In this document: positions 50,078 to 62,191 of the stretch, piece after piece | Numbering within the stretch: the stretch's first letter is position 1 | Layout of the letters: every line of letters begins with the position of its first letter | NCBI GenBank assembly: GCA_963755915.1 | Contig: CAVWLP010000003.1 | Span: forward strand, 211,784-275,783 | Source of the DNA: an uncultured Phycisphaerales bacterium | GTDB lineage: Bacteria > Planctomycetota > Phycisphaerae > Tepidisphaerales > Tepidisphaeraceae | Length of the DNA stretch: 64,000 nt | Direction: 5' to 3' | Program-made: the position numbers and the translations under genes | Notes under the pieces: generated by a model | The model's database searches: none | The model's input: the letters and a program-made list of their open reading frames with translations, nothing else | Told to the model about the DNA's origin: nothing

Positions 50078-50138
50078 CGAAAAAATATAATGCACTGACA
50101 AAGTTTCATATTGTCGCTCAATCAGCCGTTGATATCGT

Positions 50139-52356
50139 TTGAGCAGGAGCGTTGTAGTGAGACTTGCACATCTCGCGGCGATCATCATTTGTCTCATGGC
50201 CCGCACGGATTTATTTGCCCAGGACACTCAGCCGATTACGCAGGCGCAGGAAGCCGGCTCCATGGTGTGGAAAATCCGCACCGCCAGTTCGCTATATGAA
50301 ATCGGGCTCGCCAGCGACGGCATTGTGGTGCCGCTCTACTACGGTCCGCGGGATGGGCCGATCAACCTGCCGACGGATCGCCTCAATGTCGACGCGAAGA
50401 TCGGCAGCACCATGCGGGAGGTTCCGTTCCGCGGCGGCCTCGGTGAACAGGTGCCGGCGATCGAAGTCGTCTATCCAGACGGCGTGCGGGATGCGGATTT
50501 GGTCTACGATTCCTCATCCATTGTGCAGATCGAGAACCAGCCGGCATTGCAAATCAATCTGAAGGATGCGGCTTATGGATTGAGGGTCAGCGCCTATTAC
50601 CGCGTGCTGCCCGAGCTGGATCTCATGCAGCGATGGATCGTGCTGAGCAACGGGGGCAACCGGCCGATCACGGTGGAAAACGCGCAGTCCGCGTCGTGTC
50701 AGCTCCCTGCGGGAGAATACGAGTTGATGCATCTGGCCGGCGATTGGGCGCGTGAGTTTATGCCGCAAACGGCGCGGCTCACGCCGGGCGTTAAGACCCT
50801 GCAATCGCGAAATTTCCAATCGTTCGCCACGCCGCCCTGGATCGCGGTCTGCGCGGCCGGCGCGGACGAAACCCGCGGCGGCGTCTTTTTCGCCTCGCTC
50901 CACTACAGCGGCAACTGGCGGCTGGATATCGCTCAAAGCTTTCCAGGCGACGTGCAGATCGTCGGTGGAATCAATTTCTGGGACACCGCGCTTCAGCTCG
51001 ATCCCGGCGAAACATTTACCACGCCGAGGATGGTCATCGGGTTTTCTCCCGATGGTATCCAAGGCGCTTCGCGACGGATGCATGAATACGTGCGGCAGGA
51101 TGTTCTACCGGCGAATTTTCGCAACAAAATCCGTCCCGTCATTTACAACAGTTGGTTCGCCACCACGTTCAATGTTCATGAGCAGCAACAGGTCGAGCTG
51201 GCGAAACTCGCCAGCCAAATCGGCGTGGAATTGTTCGTAGTGGACGACGGCTGGTTCAAGGGCCGGAACGACGATCACGCGGGCCTGGGGGATTGGAGCC
51301 CCGATCCAAATAAATTTCCCAACGGTCTGGGGCCGATGATCAAGCAGATCAACGATCTCGGCATGGACTTCGGCATCTGGGTTGAACCGGAAATGGTGAA
51401 TCCCAACAGCGATCTTTATCGTGCGCATCCCGACTGGGTCTTCAATTATCCCACTCGCACGCGGCACGAACAGCGGAACCAGCTCATGCTCAATTTGGCT
51501 AGGCAGGATGTCTACGACTATCTGCTCGACGCGATGACAAAATTGCTTTCTCAAAACAACATCAAATTCATCAAGTGGGATCGGAATCGCGGCCTCAGCG
51601 AGCCGGGCTGGCCCGATGCGGCTCCCCAGCAGCAGCGGGCGGTGCGAATTTTATACATGCAAAATCTTTACAACTTGATCGATTCGCTACGCGCACGCTT
51701 CCCGGAGGTGATGTTCGAGGACTGCTCCGGCGGCGGTGGGCGCGGACCTGGGGATGCTGCAACGCATGGATCAGATCTGGCCTAGCGACAATACCAATCC
51801 GACCGATCGCCTGTTCATCCAATCCGGATTTCTGCGGATGTTTCCGCCCAACACCATGGTCGATTGGGTCACCGACGACAACTGGCATCACGCGGCGGTG
51901 TCGATGAAATACCGCTTTGCCGTCTCCATGGCCGGCGTGCTCGGCGTCGGAGGGGACATCGCGAAATGGAGCGAAGATGACCGCGATACTGCGAAAAAAA
52001 TGATCGCCCTCTATAAGGAAATCCGTCCCATCATCCAGCAAGGAACCGTTTACCAACTCATGCTTCCTACAACCAGCGATCGCGTCGCTCTCGAGTATCT
52101 ATCGGCCGATCGAGATCAGGGCGTCGTGCTGCTCTATACGATGCGCGACCCACTGGCTGGCAGCACGGACGCCGAACAGCTCACGCGCGTCCTGCGATTT
52201 GAGGGCTTGGACCCCAATGCGTCTTACTCGATTCGAAACGCTCCCGAAGATGGCTCGCAGCAGGTCGCGTCCGGTCGGACGTTGATGAACGTCGGAATGC
52301 CCTGGCCAATCTTCAGCGATTACAATTGCGCCATCCTGCGGCTTCAGAAACAATGA
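50139..52356 (+). CDS. GH36 alpha-galactosidase; frame disruption near 51742
   Basis: FVVDDGWF, KWDRNR and EDCSGGGGR, followed in the adjacent frame by ADLGMLQRMDQIWPSDNTNPTDRLFIQ. These are canonical GH36 motifs. Confidence 0.8.
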
Positions 52357-52363
52357 AATCGAC

Positions 52364-53434
52364 TCATGATGCGCCTTGCCCGTCCAATGATGGGGCAACG
52401 AGGGTGCGCTTGGCGGGTTCGGCGGGATTGGCGATGCGGCGGATCAGCCGCTCGAATGCCGCCCGGCCAATCGCTTCTGAGCCGATATCGATGCTGATAG
52501 GTTCGGGAATCAACGCGGCGCGGCGCAGATATTCGTTGGTGACCGTCGCCACCATTAGATCGCGGCCCGGGACGATCTTGTTTTGATACAGCAGCGGATA
52601 GACCTGCGCCGCCAGCAGATCGGTCGGCAGAAACAGGCCAGGTTTCGTTTCCGGCGCGATTTTTCCGGCCAGGATTTGGGCAAGCTGCTCCAGGCTGTCG
52701 CCGACGGATAAATGAGAGCCAAATGAATCCAGAACCAGCGCATCGCGGCGCCGGAGGATAAAATGCACCAGGCTGGAATCTTCTGCGGCGGCGTGCGAAA
52801 AGGCCTGGCAACGGCCCCGCATCGGTTCACGTTCCGGCTGATCGCATAAACAGAAGAATTGTCCGCAGCCGACGCCGGCGAGCTTCTGATACGCGAGGCA
52901 TCCAATCGCCGCGTCGTCGGCCCACACCTGCTCAACCTTCACCGTCGAAGCCAATACCGCTGCACTGGCGATCCATACCAGCGGCACAAAATCGGCGCAT
53001 CGTTGGAAGATTACTTTCGATGTTTCAGGTTCAGCCAAAACAATAGCGCCGGCGGCGCCGCGGTTTTGCAGCAGATTCGCAATGTCACAGTGCGCGGGAT
53101 CCAATTCTTCCAGCAGAACACGCATTTTCGCCTGCCGGGCGGCGCCGGTGATGCCTGCCAGGACTCCTCCCATCGCGGGTTGTTCCAACCACCGCAGGCT
53201 CTTACCAACGGCCAGAACGGCGATCTGGTTTGGCCGGGACCCACTCGTGCGCGGGCCGATCTTCGGCCCCCGGCGCACCGTTGGCAGCGAATATCCCAAC
53301 TGCTGCATCGCCGCATGGACGCGGTCGGCGGTTTCGGTGCGCACACTTCCTGGGGCGTTCAACACCCGGGAGACGGTCGCGGTAGAAACCTCAGCAATTC
53401 TCGCAACATCGACGATCGACATTGTCGCTCTCAT
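52364..53434 (-). CDS. LacI-family transcriptional regulator
   Basis: N-terminal HTH MSIVDVARIAEVSTATVSRVLN. The start may be at 53422. Confidence 0.8.
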   Translation of the reverse strand: MRATMSIVDVARIAEVSTATVSRVLNAPGSVRTETADRVHAAMQQLGYSLPTVRRGPKIGPRTSGSRPNQIAVLAVGKSLRWLEQPAMGGVLAGITGAARQAKMRVLLEELDPAHCDIANLLQNRGAAGAIVLAEPETSKVIFQRCADFVPLVWIASAAVLASTVKVEQVWADDAAIGCLAYQKLAGVGCGQFFCLCDQPEREPMRGRCQAFSHAAAEDSSLVHFILRRRDALVLDSFGSHLSVGDSLEQLAQILAGKIAPETKPGLFLPTDLLAAQVYPLLYQNKIVPGRDLMVATVTNEYLRRAALIPEPISIDIGSEAIGRAAFERLIRRIANPAEPAKRTLVAPSLDGQGAS

Positions 53435-53942
53435 TATCGTCGCTTTGTTACCTGATTTGGCCTCGCGATGCGACTCACTACCCCCGCCGCGGTACAGTCG
53501 ATTTTCCGGCCAACTTCAGGCATCAATTCGACGATCCTTTAAAAATCTGCACTTCAAATTCGAATCCTCCGCCGCCGCTCGGAGAAACCGAGCAACTGGC
53601 GACGAGGCGAAAGTCTCAAAAAATCCGAGGTTCTCGGATGAGCAAGCCGAACGACCTGTCGGCAAAGCCAACGATCCGGCCGCGATTGACAAATTTTCAG
53701 CGGCTAACGTGTTAGTGTCCATGGCGTTGACTGCGGCACTATCTAAATCGCCACCGGTTCCGCCCTGGCAAGCACCAGAGCTTCAAACAGCATAATCTCT
53801 TTGCACCGGCAAGCCAATGAAAATTTGAAAATTTTATATAATTTGATTTATTTTGTCATTTAGCCGGTTAGATTAATCGAACCGCGCTAAGAATTTCATT
53901 TGGAGCTTGCAGGAGGGCGCGGTGGCCTCGGAGGAGTCTTTC

Positions 53943-54839
53943 ATGTCCAACGCTTTCCGAAAAAGCGACCTGCCACGACTCGGATTTACACTCGTCGAAC
54001 TCCTCGTCGTGATCGCCATTATTGCCCTGCTGATTTCCATCTTGTTGCCGGCTCTCAACAAGGCCCGCTACCAGGCCATCGTCACCCAGTGCGAATCCAA
54101 CGAGCGGCAACTCGGCGCGGCAATGATCATGTACGCCGGCGACAACAGCGGATTTCTCCCTCGCTTTGATCTGCCCACCGGGTACGGCGCGGGCAACCTC
54201 TCTGACCTGCTGGGCGACGGCGCTGGCACCAACCTTCAAATTAGCTGCGCCACCGGCTTCTATGGTTATCTCAATTCCCTTTATAAAGTGACGCAGCCCA
54301 TCTTCTTCTGCCCGGCGGGCAACACTGACACTTACAATACGATCTTCACTGAGTACAACACCGGCACTTTTCCCATGCAGGCGATTTCCTATGCCGTCTG
54401 GGTGCCGCACATCAGCGATGGCGTAGAAGTGCCGCCCGTCTATTACAGCTATCCACCCCCCATATCTTCTGTAGCATGGTCGGGCACAGGCCCGCCCGTA
54501 GTCCCCCCCTCCGGCGCCGTTTCCAACAAGCTGATCATTATGTACAAGGCGGCGCCCATCCATGCCCCGATCAAGCTTGGCGACAAGGGGCTGACTGCAA
54601 ATCCGATGCTGACCGATGCCGTTTACCTCAGTCAAAACGTCGATTTCGCCGACCACGGCACGGCTATCAATTTCACGACCGTGCCCCAGATCAATTATCA
54701 GACGCAATACGGCGGCCATTACCGCGGAGGAGTTTTGGAATCGGTCAACGCCTGCTATGTCGATGGGCACGTTGATCGCATCCCGGCCGCACAGGTGCAA
54801 GTGCGCTACGGAAGCCTCAATGCATGGGTTTGCCGGTGA
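53943..54839 (+). CDS. prepilin-type N-terminal cleavage/methylation domain protein (DUF1559-like)
   Basis: GGAGGAG precedes the [28 protein letters not shown] at the N-terminus and C-terminal ACYVDGHVD. Confidence 0.75.
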   Translation: MSNAFRKSDLPRLGFTLVELLVVIAIIALLISILLPALNKARYQAIVTQCESNERQLGAAMIMYAGDNSGFLPRFDLPTGYGAGNLSDLLGDGAGTNLQISCATGFYGYLNSLYKVTQPIFFCPAGNTDTYNTIFTEYNTGTFPMQAISYAVWVPHISDGVEVPPVYYSYPPPISSVAWSGTGPPVVPPSGAVSNKLIIMYKAAPIHAPIKLGDKGLTANPMLTDAVYLSQNVDFADHGTAINFTTVPQINYQTQYGGHYRGGVLESVNACYVDGHVDRIPAAQVQVRYGSLNAWVCR

Positions 54840-54885
54840 ATAGTTAAATCTGCGAACAACACATTCTTGATGTGGAGGATAGAAA

Positions 54886-57117
54886 ATGAAGTCGAAAGCT
54901 TCCCAGTTCATCGTACCATCCAAAAAGCGTGCGGCTCTAATCTGTTCCGCCGCCGCGCTGACGGCGCTCAGCGGACGGAAGGCCTGGGCCAATCCGGGAA
55001 TGACGAACCTGGCGCTCGACGCGGCTGCCGGCGGCAACGCCACCGCGACAGCCACGAACTCTGACTATGGTTCGACACCCAATCTTGCCATTGCCGGCAC
55101 TACAGACGGGAATTTCGGCGATGGGACGGTATGGTATGGAAACTCTCCCAGCTCTGAAGGGACAAATACCAGTCCGTCGACAACCTATAACTACACGGTC
55201 AATCTGGGACAAAACGACTACATCGATCGCGTTCAGTTCCTGCCCCGCACCGACGCCGATCAAAACATCTTCGGCAACTTCAGTATTTCCATCTATCAGG
55301 GCGTCGCCGGCCCCGACAACACTGTCGTCCCCGCCGCTACCCCTTCGTTCTCCGAAGACTATAACAGCGGTTATTTCGGAGATACTTTCGCCACAGCCGA
55401 CCCCGGGAACTCGGCCAATGGTGGCTCGGCCAACGGGAGCTATGGCCAGTTTGTCCGCATTACGCGGCTCGACAACAACTATTGGATGACGTTCGCTGCA
55501 ATGCAAGTCGTCGGCTCACCGGTGCCCATGCAGGACACGATAAGCAACGACCTTGCCCTGAATAAACCGGTGACGACTTCCTCACCGGCGGGATTTGGGG
55601 GCTCTATTAGCGGCGGCAACGATGGCAATATCAGCGGCGATCTCAACGCCCCCAGCTCGCCCGACTTCTGTTCTTCGACGGCCGGCGCAGGTCAATACTG
55701 GCAGGTCGATCTCGGCGCAAACACCTCGCTCTCGACTGCCGAACTATTTTGCCGCGAGAACGTGAATGAAAACACCACGAGCCAGTTCGATGTGGAAGTG
55801 TTCAACAGCTCGATGCAAGAGGTTGACTCGGTAATCGTGAACAATAACGAGTCGGCTGGAAATTTTGATCACGAGATTAATCTGAGCGGCGTTACCGGCG
55901 AGTTCATACGCCTGGCAACGACGCAAAATCAGTATCTTTCCTTTTCGGAGTTGGAGGTGTTCGGAACTTCCCAAACGGAGCAATGGGCCTCTACGAATTC
56001 CGGCGACTGGAACAACATCGACAACTGGAACGGCGGTACCGTGCCCAACGCCGTGGGCGCCGAGGCCGATTTCTTCGGCGCGATCTCCTCCAATCAGACT
56101 GTCTTCACCAATGCTCCTGTCACCGTGGGAACGCTCAACTTCAACAATTCAAGCACCTACGAGATCACCGGAAATGGTTCCCTCACTCTTCAGGCGACCA
56201 GCGGCAACGCCCAGGTCATCGTTCAGCAGGGAACGCATGTGCTGGATCTCCCGGTGACGATCGCCAGCAACACGAACTTGGACGTCGCCTCCGGTGCAAC
56301 CCTCGTCGTTGCCAACCCAATCACCATCAACTCCGGCAACAGCATCGCCAGCACGGGCAGTGGAACCGTCAACTTTCAGTCCATCATCACCGTCGACAGC
56401 AACGCCTCGATCGCTTTCGGGAACTCCACCTACGCCAACAAGCTTTCCGTTGCCTCCAGCGGTACAGCCTCCATTCAGGGCTCCGGCAACGTTGTTGAAG
56501 TAGACAGTCTTTCCAACCTCGGCACCGTCGATATCACCAAAAACGAGTTGCTCATCAACTACGCCGGTCAGGGTGATCCAATTTCTTCCATCGCCCAAGA
56601 GCTCAAGAGTGGCTACAACAACGGCGGCTGGAACGGTACGGGAATTATTTCCTCCGCCGCTCAAACCACGCAAGGTGGCTTGCGCTACGGCGTCGGCTGG
56701 GCCGACGGCGCGGATAACGTCGTCTCCGGCCTGTCTTCCGGAGAAATCGAAGTCAAATATACGCTCCTCGGCGACGCCAACCTTGATGGCGTCGTAAATG
56801 GATCCGACTTCAGCATACTCGCGGCGAACTTCGGGCTCGGTCATACGAACTGGGATCAGGGCAATTTCCTCTTTTCGTCTTCGGTCAACGGCGCCGATTT
56901 CGCCGCTCTGGCGGCAAATTTCGGGCAGGGAGACAATCTCTCCGCTGTCACGGTTTCACCCGCCGACATCGCGGCCCTCGACGCCTTCGCCGCCGCCAAT
57001 GGCCTGCTGGCGGATGTGCCGGAACCGGTGACACTGGGCCCGCTGGCTTTGGGTGCCTTGGCCATATTCGCGCGCGGCGCAGTCGCGCCCGCACTCATCG
57101 TCGAAATTAAAACCTAA
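54886..57117 (+). CDS. large secreted protein: two discoidin (F5/8 type C)-like domains, a beta-helix-like repeat region, a dockerin-like segment and a PEP-CTERM-like tail
   Basis: Signal peptide present. YWQVDLG and SFSELEVFG are discoidin hallmarks. Also LLGDANLDGVVNGSDF and a C-terminal VPEPVTLGPLALGALAIFARG. Confidence 0.65.
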   Translation: MKSKASQFIVPSKKRAALICSAAALTALSGRKAWANPGMTNLALDAAAGGNATATATNSDYGSTPNLAIAGTTDGNFGDGTVWYGNSPSSEGTNTSPSTTYNYTVNLGQNDYIDRVQFLPRTDADQNIFGNFSISIYQGVAGPDNTVVPAATPSFSEDYNSGYFGDTFATADPGNSANGGSANGSYGQFVRITRLDNNYWMTFAAMQVVGSPVPMQDTISNDLALNKPVTTSSPAGFGGSISGGNDGNISGDLNAPSSPDFCSSTAGAGQYWQVDLGANTSLSTAELFCRENVNENTTSQFDVEVFNSSMQEVDSVIVNNNESAGNFDHEINLSGVTGEFIRLATTQNQYLSFSELEVFGTSQTEQWASTNSGDWNNIDNWNGGTVPNAVGAEADFFGAISSNQTVFTNAPVTVGTLNFNNSSTYEITGNGSLTLQATSGNAQVIVQQGTHVLDLPVTIASNTNLDVASGATLVVANPITINSGNSIASTGSGTVNFQSIITVDSNASIAFGNSTYANKLSVASSGTASIQGSGNVVEVDSLSNLGTVDITKNELLINYAGQGDPISSIAQELKSGYNNGGWNGTGIISSAAQTTQGGLRYGVGWADGADNVVSGLSSGEIEVKYTLLGDANLDGVVNGSDFSILAANFGLGHTNWDQGNFLFSSSVNGADFAALAANFGQGDNLSAVTVSPADIAALDAFAAANGLLADVPEPVTLGPLALGALAIFARGAVAPALIVEIKT

Positions 57118-57143
57118 TACCCTTGTTATGCGGAGGAAAGAAA

Positions 57144-58321
57144 ATGAAATCGAAAGCTATACAGTTCATGTCGCAATCTAGGATCCGTGTTGCGCTTATC
57201 TGCTCTTCCAGCGCTGCGGTGGCGCTCGTCGGATCGAGTAAGGCCTGGGCCGACCCGGGGATGACGAACTTGGCGCTCGACGCCGCTGCCGGCGGGATAG
57301 CCACCGCCACGGCGACGAACTCTGATTATGGAACGACGCCTGACCTCGGCATTGACGGCGATCGAGACGGGAACTTCTACGACGGCTCGGTGTACTATGG
57401 AAACTCCCCCAACGATGAGGGGACCAACACCAGTCCATCGACAACTTATTTCTACCAGGTCAACCTGGGCCAAAACGACTACATCAACCGCATTCAGTTC
57501 CTGCCGCGCACCGACACGACGCAGAACGTCTTTGGCAACTTCAATATTTCGATCTATCCGGCCATGTCCAACGGTCAGCCGGCGGCGACTCCTTCGTACT
57601 CCCAGAACTTTAACACCGGCTATTTCGGCCCTGAATTCGCTACCGCCCTCCCCGGGGCTCCGGCCGGCGGCGTTAATGGCCAATATGTTCGCATCACCCG
57701 CCTCGACAACAACTACTGGCTCACCTTCGCTGAAATGGAAGTGATCGGCTCATCCACGCCGGTCCAGTACAATCTGAGCAACGACATCGCCCTCGGTAAA
57801 CCCGTGACGTTGGATCCGGGGGATTCGGCCGGATATGGATCAACGAATGCCTCCGGCAACGACGGCGATATCAACGGTGATTTCTACGCCCCGAACCAGG
57901 GCGTCACCAACGCGGGCGGCACCCCGTCTTTTTCTCGAATAATTACGGTACCACCAATCAAGTATACTGGCAGGTCGACCTCGGCGCGGACATCCCGCTT
58001 TCCTACGCCGAACTATTTGCCCGCATGGGTTCCAATTCGACGTCCGAATTCGAAGTAGAGGTGTACGACAGTTCAATGGACCTCGTCGATACCTCGATCG
58101 TGAGCAACAACGACGTGAATGGAACGGACCCCGGTTATGATCACGAAATCGACTTTAAAGGCGTTGTCGGCGAGTACGTGCGGGTGACACCCGGCCCCGA
58201 CGCTGGCTCTTCGTACCTGTCGTTTTCGGAACTTGAGGTATTTGCCGTTCCGGAGCCATCGACGTTTGTTCTCGGTGTGGCCTGTCTCGCTGGGTTCATG
58301 CACCGCCGCCGCACTCGTTGA
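57144..58321 (+). CDS. paralogue of the preceding gene (two discoidin-like domains plus PEP-CTERM); frame disruption near 57925
   Basis: The first ~150 aa are roughly 65% identical to 54886... The adjacent frame restores VFFSNNYGTTNQVYWQVDLGADI. The C-terminus is VPEPSTFVLGVACLAGFMHRRRTR. Confidence 0.7.
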
Positions 58322-58360
58322 AGCATTGGGTTTGCGGCACGTACCAATAGTATCTCGGCA

Positions 58361-60786
58361 ATGAAATTTTGTTTGCTCGCTCTTTTGATTTTCGCCGCGC
58401 CGTTCCGGTGTGCGGCACAAACGATTTCTTCAGCCCCCGAAACCCTGATCTGGTTCGACGCCCAGGCTTCTAACTTCACGGAATCCACGCCATTGGGCAA
58501 CGGCCGCCTCGGGGCAATGATGTTCGGCGGCGTGGACGAAGAGCGGATCGTCCTGAACGAGAATTCAGTGTGGTCCGGTTCACGTCAAGATGCCGACCGG
58601 CCGCAGGCCTACAAGGCCTTACCAGAAATCCAGCGGTTGTTGCTCGAGGGAAAAAATTCCCAGGCCGAAGCGCTCGTTAATGCGCAGTTCGTCTGCCAGG
58701 GACCCGGGTCCAACTCCGGCACCGGCGACAGCCAATTCGGATGCTATCAAACGCTGGGAAATCTACATCTATCATTTTCGGGCGACACCAACACACCCGT
58801 CGAAAATTATCGCCGCGAATTGAATCTCAACGATGCCGTGGGACGTGTGGAATTCAATCGGGGCGGCACAACTTTCTCCCGCGAAATGTTTGTAAGTTGG
58901 CCGGATCAGGTGATGGTTTTACACCTGACCGCCGATCGCCCTCAGGCGATTTCTTTTGACGCACGGCTCGACCGGCCGGAGCGATTCGCAACCGCCGGGG
59001 ACGGTGAAAACGGTTTGCTGATGACCGGTCAATTGAATGATGGCCTGGGTGGAAAAGGCATCTCCTATGCCGCTCGAATTCGCGTTTTGGCTCGTAGTGG
59101 CCAGGTATCCGTTCATGAAAATCTGTTAAGTGTCAAGAACGCCGACGAGGTAACTTTGCTGATAGCGGCGGCAACCGACTACCAGGGCTTCGCCGGCCGT
59201 CAAACCAAAGACCCTTTGACTGCAACATCAGATGATTTGAACAAAGCTGAACAGAAAATCTTACGACTCGCTGCGCACGGCGCAGCGTGGCAGACTACCA
59301 AAAGTATTTCCAGCGCGTTTCACTGCAACTCGGTCCGGGAAATTCGGCCGCGGCAACCCAGCCCACACCGAAGAGAATTGAAGCCGCGGCCGAGAGGCCG
59401 GGCGATCCAAGTTTGGCCGCCTTGTATTTCAATTTCGGCCGCTACTTGTTGATTTCCTCGTCTCGACCAGGCGGCCTACCGGCTAATTTGCAAGGCATTT
59501 GGGCCGAGGAAACTCATACGCCCTGGACCGGCGACTGGCACTTGGACATGAATGTCGAAATGAACTACTGGCCGGCAGAAGTCTGCAATCTTTCGGATCT
59601 GACTGAGCCATTGTTCGCCTTGATCAACTCGTTACAAGTCCCCGGCGCTAAAACAGCCCATGACTATTACAACGCACGCGGGTGGGTCGCACATGTGATA
59701 ACAAATCCGTGGGGCTATACGTCGCCCGGGGAAGCCGCATCGTGGGGTTCTTACTGTGGAGGATCGGCCTGGTTGTGCCAGCATCTCTACGATCACTATC
59801 TCTTCACCCGCGATCGGAAATTCCTGCAATGGGCTTATCCGATTCTGAAGGGCGCCGCGCGTTTCTATAGTGACGTATTGATCGAAGAACCGACACATCA
59901 CTGGCTGGTGATCGCCCCGTCCAACTCACCCGAGAACCATTTTAAAACGGCCGATGGCACCGATGTGTGTATTGCTGCCGGTCCAACTATGGTTCAGCAA
60001 CAGGTGCGATATCTGTTTACGGCCTGCATAGACTCAGCTCAGACGCTTGGCATCGATGAGGAATTCCAGAAGGAACTGACGGCCAAGCGCGCACGGCTGG
60101 CCCCAACGCAAATCGGTTCCGATGGACGCATCCTGGAGTGGCTGGCTGAATATAAGGAATCGGATCCCCATCATCGTCACGTTTCGCATTTATGGGGATT
60201 GTATCCCGGCAACGAAATCTCGCCCTACTCGACTCCGCAGCTCGCAGAAGCGGCTCGCAAATCTTTGGACGTTCGCGGCGATCTACCCAACCTTGCATCG
60301 GGCGAAGGCGGAATTGGATGGTCGCTCGCCTGCAAGGCCGCCATGCGAGCCCGGCTCGGCGAGGGGAACAATGCTTGGAGCCTGGTGCGAATGGCACTTG
60401 AACCCGCATACGGCACACACCACGACCCCAACTCCGGCGGAGGGGTGTATGCCAATCTGTTTGATGTCTGCCCTCCATTTCAAATTGACGGAAACTTTGG
60501 AATGACTGCGGCGATTGGTGAAATGTTGGTTCAAAGCGACAACCACGTCATTTATCTGCTGCCCGCGCTCCCAGACGCTTGGAAGCAAGGGAAAGTGACC
60601 GGATTGCGGGCGCGCGGGGGCTTTGAAGTCTCCATGACCTGGAACGACGGAAAGCTTACTTCAGCAACCGTCCGGTCTGACCAGGGTGAGCCAATCCGCA
60701 TCTGTTACAAAGGCTCGGCATTGGACCCTAACCTTGCAAGCGGAGAGGGCGTTACGTTGGATGGAAATCTTACCGTGAAGCCCTGA
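58361..60786 (+). CDS. GH95 alpha-L-fucosidase; two frame disruptions (A4 run 59255-59258 and near 59285)
   Basis: PLGNGRLGAMMFGG, LNENSVWSG, ANLQGIWAE, DWHLDMNVEMNYWP and PPFQIDGNFG. The segment SYDSLRTA lies in the third frame between the two ORFs. Confidence 0.8.
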
Positions 60787-60816
60787 GCTTCATTCCCGGC
60801 AATGAGACTATTCCAA

Positions 60817-61848
60817 TCAGATCCGACGCGCGCGGCGGCGAAGTAAACCGCAACCACATAGTCCCAACAGGGACAAAGCAGCGGGCTCGGGGACGGAGAT
60901 GTCAGAGACTATCAATGAGCTGTAATCAATCCGCTGTGTGGCGCCACGCATGCCGAAGCCAATCCCGTCGTAGGTGAGATTGGGCGTGGACGCGGCGGTG
61001 GCCGTGGAAGTGTTCCCTTCCTCAAATGTTCCCGCCGTGCCGCTACCCGAGCCAGTGTTCAAGTACAGCGAGTTGCTGATACTCAGCGAGCCATTGGCGT
61101 TGAGTGTAATCGTCAGGTCCTGAGTGTAGGTGTCCCCGAGGACTGCGATGTAATTCGCACCCGTATTCGCACCGAGCGAGGTTTGGGCAGACGCGCTACC
61201 GACACCCCCGATGACCAGATCCTGGTTGATCTGTTGGGTCGCCCCCGTCTGGGCTGCCCGCGAAAATATATAGTTACCGTTGCCGGCCGTAGAGGAAATC
61301 TGGCCGACATATCCGGCCCAGTTCTGTACGCCTCCGTCGGCTTCCGTGCCACTGGATGACAATCCGGAATTCTGCAGATTGGTGTAGGGCACCACCGAGG
61401 GAGCTGCCGAAACATTTCCGTTCGAATTGAACAAACCAAGATCGGTATAATCGCCCGTCGTCTGCAGGACGGCGCCGCTCGTGGCTACGAACGTCAGGTC
61501 TGCCTCGATGGTAGTAACACCGGTCAAGGATAAGGTAACGGGCGTTTGCGTGAACAGCGATTCAAACTCGGCATAACCAGAGCTACTGGTGTAGTTCAGT
61601 TCCAGATCGCCCGATGCGATGCTGGCGCTGGCGCCCTTGTTGGATGCGGCATCGTAGCTGGTGGAAGTCGAGGTGACATTGCTGCTCGTCAGCGTTTGGT
61701 TGAGCGACGAACTGCCGAAGCCATCATCAAAGATAGTGTTGGCTTGGCCGTGCGATGAAGACAACGCGACAAGGCATCCCGCCGCAACTCCCACAAAGAG
61801 GTTGCCGGCCCGTTTGTCCGTACGACTCAAAAGATCCCTCGTTCTCAT
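60817..61848 (-). CDS. secreted PEP-CTERM sorting-domain protein
   Basis: AGGAGAG precedes the ATG at 61848. The C-terminus is VPEPAALSLLGLCGCGLLRRRARRI. Confidence 0.75.
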   Translation of the reverse strand: MRTRDLLSRTDKRAGNLFVGVAAGCLVALSSSHGQANTIFDDGFGSSSLNQTLTSSNVTSTSTSYDAASNKGASASIASGDLELNYTSSSGYAEFESLFTQTPVTLSLTGVTTIEADLTFVATSGAVLQTTGDYTDLGLFNSNGNVSAAPSVVPYTNLQNSGLSSSGTEADGGVQNWAGYVGQISSTAGNGNYIFSRAAQTGATQQINQDLVIGGVGSASAQTSLGANTGANYIAVLGDTYTQDLTITLNANGSLSISNSLYLNTGSGSGTAGTFEEGNTSTATAASTPNLTYDGIGFGMRGATQRIDYSSLIVSDISVPEPAALSLLGLCGCGLLRRRARRI

Positions 61849-62191
61849 TTTCTCTCCTGTAAAGATGTGTCTCAAATCAAGCGAAATGCTCGAAACTTGT
61901 TTCAATCCAGAGCCCGCCATCTCCCACCTCCGATTAAGCGTCGCATCGGTTTGCATTCACGACACAATCGGCAGGAAGGAGATGCCGACTGGTTTCCTGC
62001 TGCTTATTTCATGGCCGAAATATACCCCTTCAAAAACCTCGCAACAGTGCTATATCGCGAACGGATAGGCCAAATTGCGTTTTGGCGGCGACATTGATTT
62101 TTGGAGTTTGTGACTGGAATTCTCATCGATTCCGCGACGACCTTGCGATCAAAGTCAAATTAGACGCCGCGGCCGATACTTTTCGGGATTT

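Noticed and set aside
53680-53720. TTGACA...gtgtta, considered as a sigma-70 promoter or LacI operator upstream of the pseudopilin gene.
   Set aside because: The -10 candidate is poor, and there is no convincing palindromic operator. The evidence is not enough to call it.
53868-55055. 395-aa minus-strand ORF spanning the pseudopilin gene and the start of the discoidin gene.
   Set aside because: It crosses an intergenic region and two well-supported plus-strand genes that have SD sequences and signal peptides. It is a high-GC artefact.
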